Positions 38,338-44,281 of a stretch of DNA of 44,299 nt are shown here, piece by piece (position 1 is the first letter of the stretch; each line of letters opens with the position of its first letter). This DNA is from a virus. Lineage: Duplodnaviria; Caudoviricetes. The position numbers and the translations under genes were made by a program. The stretch lies in the IMG/VR virus record IMGVR_UViG_3300027772_001168, positions 1 through 44,299 of that record, one strand, 5' to 3'. The notes under the pieces were generated by a model. It ran no database searches, had not been told where the DNA came from, and saw only the letters and a program-made list of their open reading frames with translations.

Positions 38338-38882
38338 TGTTTGAGTTCCTTTCTGCGCTTTCTATATGTTTCGTTATTACAGTAAGGCCAGATAGCTGGA
38401 ATTACTGCTTCTTCAATTGAACTAATCTGTTCAGCGGTCAAATGATCCAAATTCCAAACTAGTACTTCAAGTGTATCTACATCTACTTGGTGTGTTACTG
38501 GAAAGTCCAGCACACCAGGTACTACACGTTTCTTACCAACTTTGACATAGTGGCTAGGAATACTATCCACTCCTTCGATGATGTACTTACATACACCTTC
38601 TTTCCAACCTTCTGGGAACTGCCACTTGGGCTCCACTTTTTCAACTGGAGTACTGTACAATGTGGCCAAGTCCACGTCCAATTTAGGTCGATGCGTTTGA
38701 TGACGATTAATAACTGTGTTAGTGGCCGCTTTACCAAAGTAAAAATTCACTGCGGGGTAGATGTAATACAATCCTCTATGGTTGCCCACTTCACTTCTGT
38801 TAATTGCGCCTTCAGTAGTTGAATACGGTTCAACCCATTCGATACCTAGTTGTTCAAATACTTCTTGAATTTTTTCAATCAT
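38334..38882 (-). CDS. GIY-YIG-like nuclease domain protein
   Basis: GLY-x8-YFG, NRHQTH, EEAVI...PYCN; start reassigned to 38882. Confidence 0.55.
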   Translation of the reverse strand: MIEKIQEVFEQLGIEWVEPYSTTEGAINRSEVGNHRGLYYIYPAVNFYFGKAATNTVINRHQTHRPKLDVDLATLYSTPVEKVEPKWQFPEGWKEGVCKYIIEGVDSIPSHYVKVGKKRVVPGVLDFPVTHQVDVDTLEVLVWNLDHLTAEQISSIEEAVIPAIWPYCNNETYRKRRKELKQ

Positions 38883-39229
38883 ACAGGTTGCAATTCTTTT
38901 ACGTGTTTGCAATCGCCGCGAAATGTAAATCCTGGGCAAGTGCAAGTGTTTTCATCTAAATTAATAATGTATGTCTGACCTTTGCTACCAATAACTTCTT
39001 TGATATTGCTGGGAGTAAGCACGTTCATGGACATGTTGAAAATCTCATCGCTGACTTTTTCAAACTTACGACCACTACGACTAAATCCTTTGATTGGATT
39101 CTTAAACCAAAACGGTTCTGTAGTTCCATAACGGATGTAAGCAACCATTTTGTCACCGTCCAAAAGATACGTGTGATTAACAGCCGATTTAGCATCTGGC
39201 CAAACTGTGATTTCTTTTACTGCTTCCAT
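38879..39229 (-). CDS. SWIM zinc-finger protein
   Basis: GSKGQTY...CTCPGFTFRGDCKH. Confidence 0.8.
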   Translation of the reverse strand: MEAVKEITVWPDAKSAVNHTYLLDGDKMVAYIRYGTTEPFWFKNPIKGFSRSGRKFEKVSDEIFNMSMNVLTPSNIKEVIGSKGQTYIINLDENTCTCPGFTFRGDCKHVKELQPV

Positions 39230-39426
39230 TATTTCACCATCAATCCAACAAGTTCAAAATATTCGGAGTGCGACACATAGAAATCCGTTCGTGGATCCCA
39301 GTACTTGCCTTCTTGGGGATCATAATAAAGGATTCGGCCGTTGAAATAAAATGGGCCTTCCAAACCTTTACGGATTTGGTAACCTTGCATGATATCTTCC
39401 GTTTTACCTAATACACGATAACCCAT
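39229..39426 (-). CDS. Small hypothetical phage protein
   Basis: AGGAG RBS; GLEGPF...LYYDPQEGKYWDP. Confidence 0.75.
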   Translation of the reverse strand: MGYRVLGKTEDIMQGYQIRKGLEGPFYFNGRILYYDPQEGKYWDPRTDFYVSHSEYFELVGLMVK

Positions 39427-39455
39427 TTCTGCTCCTTTTTTGCTAGTATGTGTAT

Positions 39456-39484
39456 ATTATACAGTCAAAAAGAAGTCCTGTCAA
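39456..39484 (-). promoter_or_regulatory. Consensus sigma70 promoter TTGACA-N17-TATAAT
   Basis: tgtcaa at 39479-39484, attata at 39456-39461. Confidence 0.85.
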
Positions 39485-39528
39485 CTACAAATCAACAGGA
39501 CTGGTGTTGTTATAAAACAACGAATTAG

Positions 39529-39644
39529 TGGTAAGTTTTTTTGTGTCAGGAAACTTACCAAACCCCGGATACACAGCCCATCCCGCATTTCGTGTACCGC
39601 GGACGCTGTATTCTCAGCATGAAGCTAAGGCGGGTCAGCGTAAC
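39529..39644 (-). ncRNA. Candidate structured RNA 3' of the Ro60-like gene
   Basis: Stems ACGCTG/CAGCGT, TTAGC/GCTGA, GGTACAC/GTGTATC, possible CCCGC/GCGGG pseudoknot, 10-bp TGGTAAGTTT/AAACTTACCA hairpin. Confidence 0.45.
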
Positions 39645-41057
39645 TTACAGAGCGTAACGATCACTCATCACAGTCTTCAACATGATGCCTTCTGGAGTGA
39701 ACTGATCCAAATCAGCGGCTAGCAAGCTAGTCATTATACTTGGACTGAATCCACTTACCAATGCGGCACCACTCTTGTCTGACGCAACAGGCACGTTGTC
39801 TGAACTGTTTAGGTTCCAGAAAACAATCTGTGGCACAGTGTAGCCGGCTGTTTCAAACTTGCGTTCGATCATTTCCATTGCACTGTCGTCATGCTTAACA
39901 CATTGGTTAAACTGCATGTCTGACAAGATCAGCAACATGGCTGGCATGTCGCTGGCTGGTACTGAACCCTTAACTGCAACGCTTAGGATCTTGTCCATAG
40001 CGGCATGCAAGTTAGTGCTCATGTCCCAGTTGCTCTTAGACATTTGTGCTACCTTGTCAACAATGTTACCCTTTAGAGTAACAAGTTCTGGCTTGCTAGA
40101 GAAAGTCAAGAAAGTGTCCTTGAACACACCCTTGTTCTTGTCTGCTAGGTACAAGCCCAAGCTGATTGAAACGTCCATACAAGTCACATTAGTGTTCTTT
40201 CCTGCTGGGCAAGACATAGAACCGCTAACGTCTACGATTGGCATGATGCTGGCATCTCCAACGTAGTTTGGCAAAGAGTCCCACTGTGCCACAATGTGGT
40301 CAGTTTCTGTCTTGTCCAAACTTGAACGGTAGCTTCCAATCACACCCTTCAGCACGTCATGTGGGAAGATTGCGTTGGCGTTAACCTTAACAGTCTTATC
40401 TCCACTTACCAACTTGGCCACATATTCTGCGAACAGAGTTGTATGACGATTGAATGCCTTCTTGTATAGTCGAGACGCTACAGAAGGCACGTGACTGAAG
40501 TTGATGTTGTCCCAATCTCCAGCACACATTTGGGTTTCAACAACTGTGGTCATTGTTACCAATGACTTGCGGTACTGCTTAGGAGTCATTCCGAAGAATG
40601 CTCGTACTTCAGCCGCGATCTTACCCTTACGAGGAGTCCACTTTGCGGCCAGGCCGTTCTTAGCACGTAGGGCATCGCCCAACATGGTATAAGCGGCTGA
40701 CTTCAGAACTGGTGAAGTGAAGACAAAGATGTCATCCCAACGACCAACTTCTGGGATCTTCTTTAGAAGAGCCAAAGCGGCGTCTGGGTCACGCTTTTCT
40801 AGATGAACTAGAATGTCGCGGAACAATTGACGTTCACCTGCACCACCACGGACATCACGTGCCCATTGTGCGATGCGTAGTGCTACGTCAGAGTTTTCTA
40901 CATAAGCGGCTGTGAAGTCGCCTGTGATGTTCTTACCACGGCTTGCGCCGATCTTGTAGAACAAGTCAACACAAGCTGATGCTGTGGACTTACGTGCCTT
41001 CATACCGTTTGCGGTACGGGCTTCTTGGTTTGCTACTGCTGTTACAAATGCGTTCAT
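39645..41057 (-). CDS. DUF2828-family Ro60/TROVE-like protein with C-terminal vWA domain
   Basis: RDVRGGAGER, GRWDD, LAAKWTPR, VPSVA helical region; DVSGSM MIDAS, STN, ILSDMQF, VFWNL, VSGFSP; true start MNAF at 41057 with AAAGGT RBS. Confidence 0.85.
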   Translation of the reverse strand: MNAFVTAVANQEARTANGMKARKSTASACVDLFYKIGASRGKNITGDFTAAYVENSDVALRIAQWARDVRGGAGERQLFRDILVHLEKRDPDAALALLKKIPEVGRWDDIFVFTSPVLKSAAYTMLGDALRAKNGLAAKWTPRKGKIAAEVRAFFGMTPKQYRKSLVTMTTVVETQMCAGDWDNINFSHVPSVASRLYKKAFNRHTTLFAEYVAKLVSGDKTVKVNANAIFPHDVLKGVIGSYRSSLDKTETDHIVAQWDSLPNYVGDASIMPIVDVSGSMSCPAGKNTNVTCMDVSISLGLYLADKNKGVFKDTFLTFSSKPELVTLKGNIVDKVAQMSKSNWDMSTNLHAAMDKILSVAVKGSVPASDMPAMLLILSDMQFNQCVKHDDSAMEMIERKFETAGYTVPQIVFWNLNSSDNVPVASDKSGAALVSGFSPSIMTSLLAADLDQFTPEGIMLKTVMSDRYAL

Positions 41058-41069
41058 TTCAATTACCTT

Positions 41070-41123
41070 TACAGAATGTATTTTTCTTTTTACCAAAAAA
41101 TTTAATGTTGCTGTTAACATTCT
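41070..41123 (-). ncRNA. ACAGCAA-motif RNA unit 1 (short)
   Basis: AGAATGT-TA-ACAGCAA...ACATTCT-GTA. Confidence 0.65.
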
Positions 41124-41129
41124 AAATTT

Positions 41130-41358
41130 AACAGGATGATCGTGCCAATTTGTTTATTTTCTGGTCTGACCAATTACGGCACTCAGACCCTAGCAACATT
41201 CATGTTGCCTATTACATGTTAGTCTGTATGTAAATCATATTCCGGATTCTCCGAACCTATCTATTCTATCAGTGTCTATTTCTAGAAAGCATTTCTGCCT
41301 GTCCTCCGACCACCTTCTATAGCATTAAGATGTAGTTTTAAATTGCTGTAGTCATCCT
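41130..41358 (-). ncRNA. ACAGCAA-motif RNA unit 2 (long)
   Basis: AGGATGA-CT-ACAGCAA...TCATCCT-GTT, with several internal hairpins. Confidence 0.65.
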
Positions 41359-41364
41359 ATGACT

Positions 41365-41528
41365 AACAGGATCGTTGTTGACTGCTTTTATTTTACACAG
41401 GCCATCACTCTGTGCTTGTTGGTCTATTTCAATAATAACCTTCAATGCCTCTGGGCAAGCCCTTCAACTCCAGTTATTACCATAGGGTCCAACAGTTCAT
41501 AGTATATGAATGTTGCTGTACCGATCCT
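41365..41528 (-). ncRNA. ACAGCAA-motif RNA unit 3 (long)
   Basis: AGGATCG-GT-ACAGCAA...CGATCCT-GTT, with several internal hairpins. Confidence 0.65.
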
Positions 41529-41562
41529 AAAACTCTTTAGCATTGTTACTTGCTATGCGACT

Positions 41563-41591
41563 ATTATAACGTCTCTACTACTGTTTGTCAC
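41563..41591 (-). promoter_or_regulatory. Sigma70-type promoter GTGACA-N17-TATAAT between units 4 and 3
   Basis: tgtcac at 41586-41591, attata at 41563-41568. Confidence 0.7.
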
Positions 41592-41604
41592 TACATTTTG
41601 GCTA

Positions 41605-41657
41605 AACAGGATACATTTTTCTTCATTTGCAGTGAAATAAATTGCTGTTAGTATCCT
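41605..41657 (-). ncRNA. ACAGCAA-motif RNA unit 4 (short, Cys anticodon-arm mimic)
   Basis: AGGATAC-TA-ACAGCAA...TTTCA-CTGCAAA-TGAAG...GTATCCT-GTT. Confidence 0.65.
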
Positions 41658-41662
41658 AATTT

Positions 41663-41736
41663 TGGAGCGGCCGGGGGATTCGAACCTCCGTCTCTAACTT
41701 GGACAGTTAGTGTATAACCTCTTTACTACGAGCCGC
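41663..41736 (-). tRNA. tRNA-Gly(TCC), atypical
   Basis: CTAAC-TGTCCAA-GTTAG anticodon arm, TTCGAAT, U73-CCA; G33 and irregular acceptor/T stems. Confidence 0.7.
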
Positions 41737-41738
41737 AT

Positions 41739-41816
41739 TGGAGCAACGAGAGGGATTTGAACCCCCGGTTTTCAGGATTTGCAATCCCGTGCATTGGACC
41801 TCTCTGCCATCGTTGC
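41739..41816 (-). tRNA. tRNA-Cys(GCA)
   Basis: GCAACGA/TCGTTGC, CGGGA-TTGCAAA-TCCTG, U73-CCA. Confidence 0.9.
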
Positions 41817-41819
41817 GTA

Positions 41820-42698
41820 TTAAATTTTTACTTTTTCAAATGCTTTAGCTATCAGTGGTACCATTAGATCAAATACTAATTGATTTCCTTCTTCAGTTAG
41901 ATTATTCTCTGATTCAGAAAACTGTGTATAATATCCGGTTATCTCGTGTCGTAATTTATGTATTTCACTATCAACTATTCCTGATTCAAATTGAAACCAG
42001 CTTGGATACCAAAATTTAGGGCCTAAACAATGCAGTACTGGTATTTTTTTAAATTTTAAATATTGATCAATTTGAATTAATGCCCCGTAATATCGATTCA
42101 TTTGTAAATCGTGATGATACAAGTATTTTTTATGTAATTCCATAGTGTCAAATAATTCTAAATAAAGATTTACATCATCTGAAAATTTATTTCTTTCTTT
42201 AATTAATTGTTTAATAGTTGTTGCATCTTGTTTCTCAGACCAAATGTCAAACATTTGTTGAGTAATACCGTGTTGCTCGACACTAATATCAAAGTTGTTT
42301 ACAAGCCCAAACTGTTGCATGATGTCATAACATGCCCAATTTGGAACTTTATTCCAAAATTCCAATAAATTTTCAGGGCATTGTTCAAATCCATGCATAG
42401 CAAACCATTTTTTAATAGATTTGTCAGGTATCTTATATACTAGTGAATCTCTGTCTAATGTAGTATAATCTCTGTCATGACTTGGAACAAAGAAAAAATC
42501 TGGGTTAGAATGAAAAATTATTGCTAAATCAAGTTTTTTTGTTTTTTTTAATTCAAACAAAATTCTTTCCTCAGATCCTTGAGCACATCCACTGTTTACC
42601 ATATTAGCTTGGTAATGTTCTAATAATTTTGTTCCAAACGAGAAAGGTTGTTTGTTCGTCCATTGGGCCATACTGTGTCCATATAATCCAATATTCAT
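41820..42698 (-). CDS. SGNH-like hypothetical protein inside the tRNA array
   Basis: MNIGLYGHSM...NSGCAQGS resembles the 22584..23342 N-terminus; C-terminal NLTEEGN. Confidence 0.6.
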   Translation of the reverse strand: MNIGLYGHSMAQWTNKQPFSFGTKLLEHYQANMVNSGCAQGSEERILFELKKTKKLDLAIIFHSNPDFFFVPSHDRDYTTLDRDSLVYKIPDKSIKKWFAMHGFEQCPENLLEFWNKVPNWACYDIMQQFGLVNNFDISVEQHGITQQMFDIWSEKQDATTIKQLIKERNKFSDDVNLYLELFDTMELHKKYLYHHDLQMNRYYGALIQIDQYLKFKKIPVLHCLGPKFWYPSWFQFESGIVDSEIHKLRHEITGYYTQFSESENNLTEEGNQLVFDLMVPLIAKAFEKVKI

Positions 42699-42715
42699 AT
42701 TTTTCCTTTTAAATT

Positions 42716-42790
42716 TGGTACCTGGACACGGTTTCGAACCGCGGACCCTCTCGGTGTAAACGAGACGCTCTACCCCTGAGCTATCCAGGC
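42716..42790 (-). tRNA. tRNA-Val(TAC)
   Basis: GCCTGGA/TCCAGGT, TCTCG-TTTACAC-CGAGA, TTCGAAA, A-CCA. Confidence 0.93.
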
Positions 42791-42795
42791 AAATT

Positions 42796-43068
42796 TCAAT
42801 TCCTTGCGGAATGATCTCTATTTTTTGATTCTTTAAATTTTAACTTGGTTATGTAATTCTCATTAACCCGGCCTTCCTGAATGTCAGTCAGTGCAGTGAG
42901 AATACTATGCACATGTTCTCGCTTGTCGCTGTCCTTGTTCTGACGTCTGATTTCTCTAGCACGCTCTGCCGCAATAAGAACAAGATTGAATCTGTTGCCT
43001 CCAACATTTTGGACACATGTTTCTGTATCAATAGTTGGGCCTCTGCTTAGTCCTATGGGTTTGCTCAT
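42796..43068 (-). CDS. rpoZ: RNA polymerase omega subunit homologue
   Basis: CVQNVGGNRFNLVLIAAERAREI...TALTDIQEG; GGAG RBS. Confidence 0.85.
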   Translation of the reverse strand: MSKPIGLSRGPTIDTETCVQNVGGNRFNLVLIAAERAREIRRQNKDSDKREHVHSILTALTDIQEGRVNENYITKLKFKESKNRDHSARN

Positions 43069-43088
43069 ATAGTCTCCGTTAAAATTGT

Positions 43089-43117
43089 ATTATACAGACA
43101 TTACGAATGAATGTCAA
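43089..43117 (-). promoter_or_regulatory. Consensus sigma70 promoter TTGACA-N17-TATAAT
   Basis: tgtcaa at 43112-43117, attata at 43089-43094. Confidence 0.85.
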
Positions 43118-43123
43118 CTATAT

Positions 43124-43215
43124 TGGTACCAGCGGAGGGAATCAAACCCTCTCAAGAACGCTAATCTGGCGCTAAAAGGTTTATAAAACCTCTCTGACTG
43201 TCAAGTCTCGCTGGC
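43124..43215 (-). tRNA. Non-canonical tRNA with TAT anticodon (Ile-AUA reader?) and long variable arm
   Basis: GCCAGCG/CGCTGGT-A-CCA; GACT-TGAC-AGTC D-arm; GAGGT-TTTATAA-ACCTT; AGCGC-CAGATTA-GCGTT; GAGGG-TTTGATT-CCCTC. Confidence 0.7.
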
Positions 43216-43222
43216 AGTTGAT

Positions 43223-43301
43223 TGGTTGCGGAGGCAGGATTCGCACCTGCGATCTGAAGCTTATGAGACTTCCGGGGACGGCTAGACTCCCCTACTCCGC
43301 G
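43223..43301 (-). tRNA. tRNA-Met(CAT), initiator-like acceptor
   Basis: CGCGGAG/CTCCGCA with C1-A72 mismatch; GAAGT-CTCATAA-GCTTC; A-CCA. Confidence 0.85.
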
Positions 43302-43305
43302 ATAA

Positions 43306-43872
43306 CTATTGATAATCTATGTCAGCCGCTAGTATAAAACGATATTGTTCGCTTTGTGCTATACCAGGTCTGTGCCAAGTTTCGCTTGGATAAATTAGCC
43401 AAGTGTAGTAACTTGGCTTTACAAAAAACTTTCCTGGACTTTCTGGACCATTTGGAGCCATCTCAGTTCCGCATGTATCAAAGTCTGCAACATCGTTGGG
43501 TATATGCAAATACATAATACCACTTAGACTTTTGCCACTGTGTTTGTCATGATGATGCCAATACTTGTCTCGATTTTCCTGTGTGGCTATATTGGTCATG
43601 AAACTCCATGACTGCATGTTGCTGACTCGTGCTTCGTGGCCCAAATATAAAAATACACTGGTTAAGAATGTCATTCTATACTTTAACCAAATGGGTTCAG
43701 GTCTACCAAACAAATTTTCTTTGGTTTGAAAAGGAGGACTGTTGGTAAAGTAATTGCCGCTTTCAATTATACTCTTGATAATGCTTATAGCAGACTCGTT
43801 TTCGGTAGCTGAGATCAAGCTACTGTAATCATACTTGCGGCAAAGTTCGTTGTTGTCTATCACTGTGTTCAT
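43306..43872 (-). CDS. Putative 2OG-Fe(II) oxygenase
   Basis: WHHH...LSGIMYLHIP...GTE...LIYPSETWH...RFILA. Confidence 0.7.
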   Translation of the reverse strand: MNTVIDNNELCRKYDYSSLISATENESAISIIKSIIESGNYFTNSPPFQTKENLFGRPEPIWLKYRMTFLTSVFLYLGHEARVSNMQSWSFMTNIATQENRDKYWHHHDKHSGKSLSGIMYLHIPNDVADFDTCGTEMAPNGPESPGKFFVKPSYYTWLIYPSETWHRPGIAQSEQYRFILAADIDYQ

Positions 43873-43887
43873 ACAGTCCTCTTCAAT

Positions 43888-43964
43888 TGGTCGGAGTACA
43901 AGGATTCGAACCTTGGACCCCCTGGTCCCAAACCAGGTGCGCTACCAGACTGCGCTACACTCCG
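43888..43964 (-). tRNA. tRNA-Pro(TGG)
   Basis: CGGAGTG/TACTCCG, CCTGG-TTTGGGA-CCAGG, TTCGAAT, A-CCA. Confidence 0.95.
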
Positions 43965-44203
43965 AATTGTTTCTTTCTAATTTTCATTCCAACATAGGTG
44001 CCACAAAACGCACCCGCCATTGCAGGAATGATCAACCAGTGATTGGTCGTATAATTTATAACTGCTACACTTCCCAGCACGTAGCAGGCCACACTCCATG
44101 CACTGGCTTTTAATACTTGTTCATATTGTACACATCTTAGATAGTATGTGTAAACGATATCGAGTAAAAATAATGCAAAAAATGTTGTTATGTAATCTAT
44201 CAT
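43955..44203 (-). CDS. Small membrane protein (about three TM helices)
   Basis: Hydrophobic 82 aa ending GAFCGTYVGMK. Confidence 0.65.
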   Translation of the reverse strand: MIDYITTFFALFLLDIVYTYYLRCVQYEQVLKASAWSVACYVLGSVAVINYTTNHWLIIPAMAGAFCGTYVGMKIRKKQFGV

Positions 44204-44207
44204 ATTA

Positions 44208-44281
44208 TGGAGCGGGATAAGAGAATCGAACTCTTGACCGAAGATTGGAAATCTGCTGTTTTACCATTAAACTAATCCCGC
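44208..44281 (-). tRNA. tRNA-Gly(TCC)
   Basis: GCGGGAT/ATCCCGC, AGA-TTTCCAA-TCT, TTCGATT, U73-CCA. Confidence 0.92.

Noticed and set aside
39494-39502. Fifth ACAGCAA unit (AGTCCTGTT resembles a unit 3' end)
   Set aside because: There is no upstream matching stem plus ACAGCAA; it pairs locally with 39474-39481 instead.
39560-39644. HDV-like/theta or hammerhead ribozyme
   Set aside because: GCTAA, CTGAGA and GAAA fragments occur, but I could not build the required P1/P1.1/P3 or three-stem core.
41058-41120. N-terminal extension of the DUF2828 ORF in the ORF track
   Set aside because: It overlaps ncRNA unit 1; the ATG at 41057 has a good RBS.
41140-41190. preQ1 riboswitch in unit 2
   Set aside because: The topology (hairpin, A-rich tail, pseudoknot) is similar, but preQ1 consensus nucleotides are absent and it is not next to a start codon.
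41070-41657. CRISPR array interpretation of the repeats
   Set aside because: The conserved parts are short and split into covarying 5' and 3' halves, interiors range from ~28 to ~200 nt, and no cas genes are in the window.
265-44113. Short antisense or out-of-frame ORFs in the track (e.g. 265..456, 8108..8335, 13691..14026, 33717..34001, 39528..39722, 39859..40266, 43835..44113)
   Set aside because: They are nested in longer motif-bearing genes or RNAs, with no RBS or recognisable motifs.
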